NCBI GenBank assembly: GCA_016713885.1
Contig: JADJOF010000007.1
Span: 175,206-239,205, forward strand
Length of the DNA: 64,000 bases
Reading direction: 5' to 3'
Source: Bdellovibrionales bacterium
Lineage (GTDB): Bacteria; Bdellovibrionota; Bdellovibrionia; Bdellovibrionales; JAMPXM01
A program made the translations under genes and the position numbers. Of this stretch, positions 25,377 to 33,395 are shown piece by piece (positions within the stretch are counted from its first letter, which is position 1; each line of letters opens with the position of its first letter). The notes under the pieces are model-generated. The model made no database searches, was not told the DNA's origin, and was given only the letters and a program-made list of their open reading frames with translations.

Positions 25377-27709
25377 ACCAACTCCATGCTTAGCTGTCCT
25401 TCAAGTGGCTCATCAATGATCTCGTCGTCATCCTCAACGATAGCGACTGGCTTGTTTCGATTGTGAAAGTTGACGGCTGCATCTCTAGGATTGACCGTCA
25501 CCTTGAATGAGTCTCGGTCACTCGTCCCATTGATGACTGCGTCTTCAGCGTGCGCAATCATCCGATAAGCTAAATCGAAATAGCTCCGCTTAAGTTCTGC
25601 ACCGACAAATCGACGTCCCATTTGAACCGAAACGACGCCTTCTGATCCGATACCAGTAAACGGCGAGAACACGAGGTCATCTTTCGCCGACCACAGGTCA
25701 AGGCACCGATGAATCAGATCAAGTTGAAGTGGCGCAATGTGACGCTCATCCTCATCTTCTCGGGCGATGCGGCCGTTAAGCGTGTTCGATTGCTTAATGT
25801 CAAACCACACTGGGCTTGCATAATGTTGCCATCTATCCACAGGGAACTCCTCAGGAGTGTGCGCGATCGGCTTCGTATTCACGCCGGGCTTTCGGAATGT
25901 GACCACGTAGTCAGGCAGACCTTGGCGGCTCATTGATGAGTCTTTCTTGATCTGCTTCCAGAGAAGTCCAAGCGCCTTGGTTCGCTGCATCGCCACGACT
26001 GGGTCTTTCCAAATACAGACCTCAGAATGATAGATGAACCCACGCTTTTGAAACTCACGGATGACATCACCTCTGAAATCACGAATGCCGATCACGCCGT
26101 CACGCTGCTTTGACGTTGTCAGATTCATGCAATGAATCGATACATTTCGACCTGGACGCATGATGCGAGCCATCTCATCAACCAAGAATCCGAAATGGAC
26201 CCAGAACTCGTCGTAGTTCTTTGAGTTTCCCATGTCCCGATCACTGTTTGAGTAAGTGTAAAGCGATGAGAACGGCGGCGAGAATACCGAGTAGTCGATT
26301 GAATCGGAATCAATTGAACGAGCGACCTCAACGCAATCACCGTTGTAAATATCAAACAGCCTGCCTGATTCACGGCGAAGATTATATGTCGAGACCTCGC
26401 GAGTGAGCTGTCTGACTTCGCGCTCTTGAAACTCTCTCATGTGCTCAACGAGTGACGCCGCCATTTCTTCGGCCTGCGCCTCTTTCCGTTTGATGTTCTC
26501 AAGGACTGGACCCTCAGCAGCGTGAGCGATCATGGTCACAGTCACGGGCCTAGTCTGACCGAAACGGTAGCAGCGGCGAATCGCCTGATATATCTGCTCA
26601 AAGGAATCACTTAAACCTACGAATGCCATTTGATTGCAGTGCTGCCAATTCAAACCAAACCCTGCGATTTTTGGCTTGCTGATTAGAACGCGAAGCCTGC
26701 CTTCTGCGAAATCAATCAAGGCCTTCTCTTTCTTCTCAAGCTTGTCAGATCCTTTGATCTCGACCGATCCCGGAATCAGACTAGCAAGCTTCTCACTCTC
26801 ATCGTTTCTATGGCACCACACGACGAACGGACCTTCGGACTTGTTGACCAAGTCAGCGCAAGCCGAGACGCGCTCGTCTACCGTTTCGCGCTTTACTTGT
26901 TGACGGGCCTGAATGCCGTACACTTCCGGCGCAGTCTCAGTCATCTCACCAACGCTATGCATATTCATGATGAGCTCTGGCAAGTCGTAGCCTTCAGCCG
27001 AGAACCCGATATCAGATGGCTTTTTGATAAATACAGACCATGTCGCAAGCCACTCCCAGAACTTCGCTTTGCCGTGACCTTTAAGCCGCCACTTTGAAGT
27101 CTCGCCCGAGTCATGGATGAAAAACATCGAGAGCATTTCAACTTGGCTCATGACGCCAAGAAACTCAGCTTGTGAGCCGAGCTCCATGAAGTCATTGGGC
27201 GATGGCGTCGCAGTACAGCTAAGCCTGTACGGTATCTTTGAGCAGAGCTCAATCACCTGCGCCCTGGTCTTTGAATCCTGATGCTTAATGATCGACGACT
27301 CATCAAGACAGACGCCGTCGAAGTATCCGCGCTCAATGCCATCTCTAAAGTTCTCGAGCATCTCGTAGTTCGTGATGTAAATGCCGGTCTCTTCGTCAAA
27401 CTCGCGCGCGTACTTGATCGGAATGCCAAGCTTGTCAGCTTCGCGTATCGTCTGCTGCGCAACGCAAAGAGGCGCCACGATCAACACTCGATTGCCAGTG
27501 TACTGATGAACAGCCTCAGCCCATGCGCTTTGGATGAATGACTTGCCTAGTCCAGTGTCGGCGAATACCGCTGCGCGCCCACGCTTTAAAGCCCATTTTA
27601 CGATTGCGGCTTGAAACGGAAACAGCATCTCAGGCAGTGGCATATTGGCGTCAAAGCCAGACGGCGCATCGTAGCGCGCTTTTGAGTTTAAGAATGTCTG
27701 ATAGTCCAT
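25373..27709 (-). CDS. SNF2-family helicase fused to a beta-class N4/N6 DNA methyltransferase
   Basis: Helicase motifs ADTGLGKS, CLDESS and QAIRRCYRFGQ. Methyltransferase motif IV FSPPFSSLY lies upstream of motif I FSPFTGIGSEG. The start was moved to MDYQTF (GGGGGGA RBS). Confidence 0.85.
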   Translation of the reverse strand: MDYQTFLNSKARYDAPSGFDANMPLPEMLFPFQAAIVKWALKRGRAAVFADTGLGKSFIQSAWAEAVHQYTGNRVLIVAPLCVAQQTIREADKLGIPIKYAREFDEETGIYITNYEMLENFRDGIERGYFDGVCLDESSIIKHQDSKTRAQVIELCSKIPYRLSCTATPSPNDFMELGSQAEFLGVMSQVEMLSMFFIHDSGETSKWRLKGHGKAKFWEWLATWSVFIKKPSDIGFSAEGYDLPELIMNMHSVGEMTETAPEVYGIQARQQVKRETVDERVSACADLVNKSEGPFVVWCHRNDESEKLASLIPGSVEIKGSDKLEKKEKALIDFAEGRLRVLISKPKIAGFGLNWQHCNQMAFVGLSDSFEQIYQAIRRCYRFGQTRPVTVTMIAHAAEGPVLENIKRKEAQAEEMAASLVEHMREFQEREVRQLTREVSTYNLRRESGRLFDIYNGDCVEVARSIDSDSIDYSVFSPPFSSLYTYSNSDRDMGNSKNYDEFWVHFGFLVDEMARIMRPGRNVSIHCMNLTTSKQRDGVIGIRDFRGDVIREFQKRGFIYHSEVCIWKDPVVAMQRTKALGLLWKQIKKDSSMSRQGLPDYVVTFRKPGVNTKPIAHTPEEFPVDRWQHYASPVWFDIKQSNTLNGRIAREDEDERHIAPLQLDLIHRCLDLWSAKDDLVFSPFTGIGSEGVVSVQMGRRFVGAELKRSYFDLAYRMIAHAEDAVINGTSDRDSFKVTVNPRDAAVNFHNRNKPVAIVEDDDEIIDEPLEGQLSMELV

Positions 27710-27729
27710 AGTCGTCCCCCCGGAAACAC

Positions 27730-27942
27730 TCACGGCTTCACCTCTATCCCCTCTAAGACTTCTCGCATTTCGGCGAGCGCTTTGGTTGATATATCGAAGC
27801 AAACATTCCTGTCGACAGTTTCGCACTGGCAATCGATCGAGATTCGCTCCAACGCTTTTATTGCCAACAACATCGCTTTACTGTGTGCAATGGCTGTCAA
27901 TTTAACGCCGTCTAGCATCTTAAGAATTTCGGTGTCGGTCAT
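27730..27942 (-). CDS. Hypothetical phage protein
   Basis: 70 aa. Tightly packed in the early leftward operon. Confidence 0.45.
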   Translation of the reverse strand: MTDTEILKMLDGVKLTAIAHSKAMLLAIKALERISIDCQCETVDRNVCFDISTKALAEMREVLEGIEVKP

Positions 27943-28175
27943 TTGAACACCAGTAAAATTATTGTGACGAGTACCACATGCCCAATAGCGACGACGAGAA
28001 ACGAAATTGGAGTTACCTCAATCACAGTTTCGCCTCGCAAGTATAGACCTTGTCTTTTATAACCATAAGGAATACCGTTCTCGAGGCGATCCTCGATCGC
28101 CAAAACAGCAAGGCCCATTCCAATAAGAACCGACACTACGCCAACCAAAATAACTGTTGGAACCTTAACACTCAC
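27939..28175 (-). CDS. Two-TM small membrane protein
   Basis: The GTG at 28175 overlaps the upstream TGA (GTGA). Hydrophobic segments VILVGVVSVLIGMGLAVLAI and ISFLVVAIGHVVLVTIILLVF. Confidence 0.45.
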   Translation of the reverse strand: MSVKVPTVILVGVVSVLIGMGLAVLAIEDRLENGIPYGYKRQGLYLRGETVIEVTPISFLVVAIGHVVLVTIILLVFK

Positions 28176-28435
28176 GACGCTGCCTCTTTCTCTTTCTCTT
28201 TCTCTGTAACTGTGTATCCGCACCCGCGAAGGTATTCCGCGAGCTCGTCATTGCCGTGAAACTCGATCACCTGATCAAGTGACGCATGCTTTTTTAAATA
28301 TTGAACCATGAGATCAACGCCGATCTCTTTCAGCAGGAGATCCATGTCGCTTAGGCACTTGTAGTATTCCGAGATCAGGCTCGGCGATAGCTGCTCAAGG
28401 ACGTCAGTCGGCTGAACGTAGATGTTGAGTCTCAT
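28172..28435 (-). CDS. Hypothetical phage protein (C-terminal EKEKEKE from a hexamer repeat)
   Basis: 87 aa. ATGA-type coupling on both sides. Confidence 0.45.
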   Translation of the reverse strand: MRLNIYVQPTDVLEQLSPSLISEYYKCLSDMDLLLKEIGVDLMVQYLKKHASLDQVIEFHGNDELAEYLRGCGYTVTEKEKEKEAAS

Positions 28436-28677
28436 TGCGCCCTCTGTTCTGGCTGAATTGCGCGATACGCACGAGAGAACTCTAAGCCGACCGCCTCTTG
28501 CAAGTTCACGCCACGCTCTTCTAAAGCAACGATTGCGTCGCCTGCGATCTTGCCTTCATGCGTGCGGTCTTCACCGTTCACATAGTGCGACACAAGCTCA
28601 ACGTCCTGAGAGAACCCAAAGACGTGCCGAGCTCCTTTGATTTCAAATTGTAGGTAGACGACTCGACGAAAAGTCAT
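28432..28677 (-). CDS. Hypothetical phage protein
   Basis: The ATG at 28677 overlaps the exonuclease stop (ATGA). Confidence 0.45.
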   Translation of the reverse strand: MTFRRVVYLQFEIKGARHVFGFSQDVELVSHYVNGEDRTHEGKIAGDAIVALEERGVNLQEAVGLEFSRAYRAIQPEQRAQ

Positions 28678-29366
28678 GCCCACTGATCTCCCCACTTAAA
28701 ATTAAGCTTTGCGAGCATCTCGTCCATATCTGAAACAAAGCGCGGAATGAGATCAGAAAACGCCTTCATTTTCTCTTCATCGCGGCGAACAGTCAGAACC
28801 TTGATCGGGTTCTTTTTCATGGCCGGATGGTATTGGACGAAGTCCCATGCGTCCGCGTCCATAACCCAAAGACAGAACTGATACTGCCAAACATACTCAG
28901 GCTTGATCTTGTCGTCGGTCGCAAAGCGGACGAAGTGCATTGGATTATACGGGCACTTGATTTCAACGCCGCGATAGCCTTCAAAGTCCTTGACCATGCC
29001 ATCAGGCGAACAGCCGATCCGAAACGAATCATCTTTGAAGACGAACGGCAGCTCCTCAACGATTGTGCCTTTCATGAACTCATACGATGAACGAGCCGCA
29101 TCCTCATGCTGATTGCCCCAATCAAGATACTTTGAATTGAGCTCTTCCATTTGGCCTGTGCAGACCTGAGACACAAGCTCAGCCATGTAGGTCGCCCGAG
29201 TCTCTGAATCAGCCTTGGCAACGACGCGAGCAGCATTGCTTGCCGAGATGACGCCAAGCTTTACGCGAAACCATTCAGCCGATGTTTGTTGAGCGAGGTT
29301 CGCGTTGAATCCGTAGCGCGTGGCGAATACGTCGTGAATCGCTGAAATCTGTTCTCTCGTTTTCAT
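28674..29366 (-). CDS. YqaJ/lambda-Exo-like recombination exonuclease
   Basis: 230 aa. AEWFRVKLGVISASNAARV near the N-terminus and GVEIKCPYNP (PD-(D/E)xK core). Lies directly downstream of RecT. Confidence 0.8.
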   Translation of the reverse strand: MKTREQISAIHDVFATRYGFNANLAQQTSAEWFRVKLGVISASNAARVVAKADSETRATYMAELVSQVCTGQMEELNSKYLDWGNQHEDAARSSYEFMKGTIVEELPFVFKDDSFRIGCSPDGMVKDFEGYRGVEIKCPYNPMHFVRFATDDKIKPEYVWQYQFCLWVMDADAWDFVQYHPAMKKNPIKVLTVRRDEEKMKAFSDLIPRFVSDMDEMLAKLNFKWGDQWA

Positions 29367-30292
29367 GTTTTCGCCTTCTGGTCTATAAACCCGTTAAGCA
29401 TAATGATTGATCTCTGAATCTCTTGATCTGTGAGCTCACCAAGTGATGCGATTTGACGGCTAAAGGTTCTGGCCGCGTGCTCGATGAACTTGTCTTCTGT
29501 TCGCCCGAGCTCTGAGAGCATTGAGCTAATCTGCGATAGCTTCTCATCACGGTCGGAACTAGGTGCCGCAATGGCCGGAGTATTGAAGTCGATCGGATCG
29601 GCTTCGTTTGAAACTGCAATCGCCTCATCAAATCTGCGATGGTCTGTCATCGGCCACGTTTTATAGGCCTTTCGGATCACCGTTTTCTTGATCATGTCAT
29701 GCTTGTCAGTTTGCCATGGCGTTGAGACGCCCTTTGCCTTGTGCGCTTTCCATGAATCGGAGCGATCGCGAATCGACTCGATCTCAATCATGTTCATCGT
29801 GGCAGTTAAGAACTCACCGTCAGTCGTCTTCGCAACGCAGTAGGCGCCGACCAAATCGCCGCGACTTTCGCTGAATGGATTGAACTCATGAATCGGCTTT
29901 ACGCCTGGGCCTCTTGATTCAAACTTATCGCCTGAGAACACAACGTCAGCGTGCGCCCACTTGATCGCACCGCAATCAGTCGCAAGCTTCAGGAGTCCGA
30001 TATACGACACCGCAAGGATGATCTTTTTGTCTCGTGGCAACAGATACGCAAGCTTGTGAACCGGGTTCAATGACAGGCCAATGGCCGCGACATTGATGAC
30101 TGCGCGTTTCAGAGAGTCAGGACTGCTTTGCGCAATGCCCGACAAGTATTGATTGTCCTTCAAGATGCCTATTGCAAACGATGCCTCACGCTCAAAGTTC
30201 ACAGCGCCATGGATCTGCGCAAGCTGTGCGAACTCAGCGCCGGCCGACTGTACGATTTGCCGCATGTTTTCGATTTGGGCTGGCAGACTCAT
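29363..30292 (-). CDS. recT: RecT-family single-strand annealing protein
   Basis: 309 aa. VINVAAIGLSLNPVHKLAYLLPR.. and VSYIGLLKLA. Paired with the YqaJ exonuclease. Confidence 0.8.
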   Translation of the reverse strand: MSLPAQIENMRQIVQSAGAEFAQLAQIHGAVNFEREASFAIGILKDNQYLSGIAQSSPDSLKRAVINVAAIGLSLNPVHKLAYLLPRDKKIILAVSYIGLLKLATDCGAIKWAHADVVFSGDKFESRGPGVKPIHEFNPFSESRGDLVGAYCVAKTTDGEFLTATMNMIEIESIRDRSDSWKAHKAKGVSTPWQTDKHDMIKKTVIRKAYKTWPMTDHRRFDEAIAVSNEADPIDFNTPAIAAPSSDRDEKLSQISSMLSELGRTEDKFIEHAARTFSRQIASLGELTDQEIQRSIIMLNGFIDQKAKT

Positions 30293-30549
30293 TTGCGTTC
30301 ACCTAGCGCCATGACTCGCACCCGCTCCTTGGCCATCCGAACTCGGTCAAACAGATCCTCAACAAGGAACCGAAGGTCCTCGTCGCTTTCGTCGATGAGA
30401 CTCTCCATCGATGCCCCTGCGAGCAGCTCAAGGAATATTCGCCGAGCTTCGGCAATGCCGTCCTGACGACCAAGAGCTTGCGCATCTTTGATCTCTTTCT
30501 TGTATAATTCGAAATCGAGAATGATGTCTTTCCGGCGCAGGTCGCTCAT
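30289..30549 (-). CDS. Hypothetical phage protein
   Basis: 86 aa, acidic. ATGA coupling. Confidence 0.45.
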   Translation of the reverse strand: MSDLRRKDIILDFELYKKEIKDAQALGRQDGIAEARRIFLELLAGASMESLIDESDEDLRFLVEDLFDRVRMAKERVRVMALGERK

Positions 30550-30653
30550 TTCAATCCTCTCAGTATTTTTCGAAGGTTTTCAGCCATGCCCCAGGCGCCC
30601 ATCGCCTCGAGCCTTTGGATCATCGCGTGGAGGCGCTCAACTGATTCGCTCAT
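30546..30653 (-). CDS. Unlisted 35-aa ORF (MSESVERLHAMIQRLEAMGAWGMAENLRKILRGLK)
   Basis: It exactly fills the gap between two genes, with an ATGA overlap at both ends. It is below the 60-aa cutoff of the ORF track. Confidence 0.4.
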   Translation of the reverse strand: MSESVERLHAMIQRLEAMGAWGMAENLRKILRGLK

Positions 30654-30865
30654 GACTCACCAATCCTTTCGCACCTTGAACATGCGCCATCGCTCCAGCA
30701 GCTATCAGTCGCGTGCATTTCGCCAAACTCATCGATAGGTCCGATTTGAAACTTCGTGCAGGCGCCGGCTTCCGCACAGCACATCTCAGCAGCGGCAGCA
30801 CTCATCGGCTGTTTTCCGCAAGCCACAAGCGACAGCGAAAGAAGAATGACAGCGATACGGATCAT
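30650..30865 (-). CDS. Small Cys-rich lipoprotein
   Basis: 71 aa. Lipobox LSLVACG. Seven Cys residues in the mature part. Confidence 0.55.
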   Translation of the reverse strand: MIRIAVILLSLSLVACGKQPMSAAAAEMCCAEAGACTKFQIGPIDEFGEMHATDSCWSDGACSRCERIGES

Positions 30866-31146
30866 CGATCACCGCCAGCTCTCAGCATGTCGAAGTCACG
30901 AATGCGATCGACCTCATCCATTGGATCTGGCGTGAGTGACTCATGCGTGCGCTTATTGGTTTTGAAGTATTGATCGAGCGCCCACTTCGAAAGATCCTGT
31001 CTTTCAACCGGTGTCAGAAAATCAGTGATGTCTGTCTCACGGCCGCTCATTCCCACTTTAAAAACGTACATATCCACGACGGCGCCATATTCGATTTGAG
31101 CTTCGATTCTGAGCGACATCTCAAGATCAGCGTATGTTTCGAACAT
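30862..31146 (-). CDS. Hypothetical phage early protein
   Basis: 94 aa. GGAGG RBS. Confidence 0.5.
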   Translation of the reverse strand: MFETYADLEMSLRIEAQIEYGAVVDMYVFKVGMSGRETDITDFLTPVERQDLSKWALDQYFKTNKRTHESLTPDPMDEVDRIRDFDMLRAGGDR

Positions 31147-31230
31147 TTGGCCTCCGGATTTCGGGTAAAGAATTCCCTCGCGCAGTTTTCACTGCACGGT
31201 TTTTAAGCATCTCTGTTATGGTGCGGAACT

Positions 31231-31274
31231 AACCGGCCTCTTCCTCCCGCTTCAGCGGGTGGAAAAAGCCGGTT
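31231..31274 (-). terminator. Nested GC-rich hairpin after the Cro-like gene (terminator or nut/boxB-like element)
   Basis: The minus strand reads AACCGGC-UUUUUCCA-CCCGC-UGAA-GCGGG-AGGAAGAG-GCCGGUU. Confidence 0.3.
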
Positions 31275-31284
31275 CTCAGGCACG

Positions 31285-31458
31285 CTAAGGACTCGGCACA
31301 AAGCAAGCCGAGTGCTCTGCTTTGCTGGTGCATGTCCTGGCCCGGACCCTGTGAATTGTCGTGGCCGAAACCCTGCTCTTGTATGCCAGTTGGGATACCC
31401 CATCTGGTCCGTTTGCATCTATCCAGCTGTCTAGTACCGACCGATCAACGCGTCTCAT
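31285..31458 (-). CDS. Cro-like HTH regulator (first gene of the leftward early operon)
   Basis: 57 aa from the ATG at 31458. HTH GVSQLAYKSRVSATTIHRV. Divergent from the cI-like gene. Confidence 0.5.
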   Translation of the reverse strand: MRRVDRSVLDSWIDANGPDGVSQLAYKSRVSATTIHRVRARTCTSKAEHSACFVPSP

Positions 31459-31552
31459 GATTAGTATAGTAAGCCTTTCGATATCAAAAGACAAGTCAAA
31501 TGATTAGTTTGGTCTGTTTTTTATCGAAAGGAAACACGTTAGGCTTATTTTG
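31459..31552. promoter_or_regulatory. Immunity switch region with dyad-symmetric operator candidates
   Basis: CCTTTCGATATCAAAAG (31474-31490) is a pseudo-palindrome around GATATC. TATCGAAAGG (31522-31531) is the inverted copy of CCTTTCGATA. Outer inverted pair AAGCCT (31471-31476) / AGGCTT (31541-31546). Confidence 0.55.
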
Positions 31553-31963
31553 ATGAGTGTTTACGGCGGATTAGCCGACAGAATAAGGGACCACAGAAAG
31601 GCCCTAAAATTGACCCAGAGCGGGCTTGCTGAGCGCGCGGGGCTGTCGTTTGCCACGATCCAGGCACTCGAACGAGGGGCATCAAATCCTGAGCGAAAGA
31701 CCTTAGCGGCCATCGCCACAGCCCTCGACATATCGATTGGCGATCTTTTGGGAGAAACCGTTGAGCCGGCACCTATGGCCGCTCGCTCGATCACCCAGGA
31801 GGCGGCGATGCACCCTACCCTAAAGGACGTCGTCGTGATCCTTGATAGGCTTGAATCGGTATCACCTGAGCGGCGGGCGGCGGCTCTTGCGATTCTTTTC
31901 GACGACTCTTCGCTTGCGCCAGAATCTTTCGATCTTGCTCAGCTTGCCTCAACAAAGCGTTAA
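31553..31963 (+). CDS. XRE-family HTH repressor (cI-like; no S24 peptidase domain evident)
   Basis: LKLTQSGLAERAGLSFATIQALERGASNPERKTLAAIATALDISIGDLL. Confidence 0.75.
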   Translation: MSVYGGLADRIRDHRKALKLTQSGLAERAGLSFATIQALERGASNPERKTLAAIATALDISIGDLLGETVEPAPMAARSITQEAAMHPTLKDVVVILDRLESVSPERRAAALAILFDDSSLAPESFDLAQLASTKR

Positions 31964-32102
31964 TTGCCTCGATCACGTCCCGCACAGTGCCGCCCTCAAT
32001 GTCCCAATCGGCTACATCCCAAGCGTCCTTTAGTGCTTAATTGGTTATGACATTTGATTAACAATTGATTGTTCAAGTCAGGCATCCATCAGGCCGATTT
32101 AA

Positions 32103-32612
32103 ATGAACAACCATGGAGGCTATGTGCAATTTGTCGTGATTCTGATCGCTCTCGTGATGGTTTTCGCAAATCAAGATGCAGAGGCTCAGAGCGCTGAAAC
32201 CCTCTGGAGAGCGCGATCCCTCGAGGCTAAGGACAATATCAAACGACTACTGGACTCCAAGAAAGTAGCAAAGAAAGTTGAGTGCGAGTTCCTTATCGAG
32301 CAGGCGTTTGAAGGCCTAAATGATCCAAAGTTCAAAGCGTTTTCAAAGACCGATAAGGGTGGGTTAACGGTACTGCTGACCATCGGCGACCCAAAGACAA
32401 AATCCTTACTCGGACTGGCCTTTCTATTCGGGGACGACAGCCGCAGGCCACTATTCATTCGTCCGATTTTCTTTGAAGACGCCAGCAAAACTGCTTGGAC
32501 ATTTGCAATTACGCCACTCACTTCGGGCGGCACTTTTGGTATAGAGACAAAGGACTGCGAATTTTTATTCTCCTCTGAGAACTATCTGAGTCCATCTGTG
32601 AAGGCCAAGTAG
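32103..32612 (+). CDS. Exported protein, unknown function (moron downstream of the repressor)
   Basis: 169 aa. Signal peptide VVILIALVMVFANQDAEA. Same strand as cI and opposite to all neighbouring phage genes. Confidence 0.45.
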   Translation: MNNHGGYVQFVVILIALVMVFANQDAEAQSAETLWRARSLEAKDNIKRLLDSKKVAKKVECEFLIEQAFEGLNDPKFKAFSKTDKGGLTVLLTIGDPKTKSLLGLAFLFGDDSRRPLFIRPIFFEDASKTAWTFAITPLTSGGTFGIETKDCEFLFSSENYLSPSVKAK

Positions 32613-32704
32613 TCCCGCACCGAGCCTTGATTCTGTCAGGCTTTGACAGATCATTTAAGAATCAGCCACAAGTCTGTTATTCTATGACAGCGGGCTAATC
32701 AAGG

Positions 32705-32983
32705 ATGAGAGGCTCGTTTTTCATGAAACTAAAAGGCGCATTTTTTCCAGAGATCCGAAAGGTCGCATCCGAAAAGCTTCAGATTGAGCTCGGCTGTAGT
32801 CCCGAAGTCGCAAAGATATTTCACCCGAGTATGCGGACCGATATCATCCCAGACGATTCAGCCGTTTGGATTCAAGCCTGCACGCTCCAGCAATGGGAAG
32901 AGTACGCAGGCGAATGGGAGCACGAGGCGGCCCATGGCTTTGAACTGGAAGTCGATCCGCCGCCAGCCTATTTGATGCACTGA
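32705..32983 (+). CDS. Small cytoplasmic protein, unknown function (moron)
   Basis: 92 aa (or 86 aa from the ATG at 32723). Same strand as cI. Confidence 0.4.
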   Translation: MRGSFFMKLKGAFFPEIRKVASEKLQIELGCSPEVAKIFHPSMRTDIIPDDSAVWIQACTLQQWEEYAGEWEHEAAHGFELEVDPPPAYLMH

Positions 32984-33117
32984 CGTTTCGCGATCATCTC
33001 GATTTCATCCTGAAGCCGCTTGATCTGCACAGCTTGGCTGAATGCCAAGTGCGCAAGTGGCAGCACCAGCGCCATGGCGAGAATCATCACAAGCACTGCG
33101 ACGCCAAGCCGGGTCAT
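32968..33117 (-). CDS. Unlisted 49-aa single-TM protein, last gene of the lysis cassette
   Basis: MTRLGVAVLVMILAMALVLPLAHLAFSQAVQIKRLQDEIEMIAKRQCIK. The ATG overlaps the upstream TGA (ATGA at 33114-33117). Confidence 0.4.
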   Translation of the reverse strand: MTRLGVAVLVMILAMALVLPLAHLAFSQAVQIKRLQDEIEMIAKRQCIK

Positions 33118-33395
33118 TCAGAGTCTCGCTGGTCAGCTTCATCCCTCTGGTCGGCGCGCATCTCTGCGAACCTGCCAGTGAGCTCTGCGCCGCCCGTACG
33201 ATTGAGCTCTTGCTCGAGAAGGATATTCTCGATCCGACGAATCTTCACGAACGCGCGCCTACGAGCCCCACGAAGTGCGATGATCACCCGAGAGAAGGCA
33301 GTCATCACCATTGCGGCCCCGCCACACAGCGCACCGACGACCTTCACGAAGTCATCGGCACCCATTCCAAACACGGCCGCGACTGTTTCGATCAC
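33114..33395 (-). CDS. i-spanin-like membrane protein
   Basis: The GTG at 33395 overlaps the endolysin TGA (GTGA). TM segment VVGALCGGAAMVMTAF is followed by a charged coiled region. Confidence 0.4.
   Translation of the reverse strand: MIETVAAVFGMGADDFVKVVGALCGGAAMVMTAFSRVIIALRGARRRAFVKIRRIENILLEQELNRTGGAELTGRFAEMRADQRDEADQRDSE

Noticed and set aside
28184-28205. (CTCTTT)n hexamer microsatellite as a phase-variation switch
   Set aside because: It has only about 3.7 units and is in-frame (EKEKEKE at a protein C-terminus). Changes would add or remove two residues rather than switch a gene.
31203-31418. 71-aa ORF overlapping the Cro-like gene
   Set aside because: It is an alternative frame through the hairpin region and the 3' part of the Cro-like gene. 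It is Pro/Arg/Gly-rich with no RBS.
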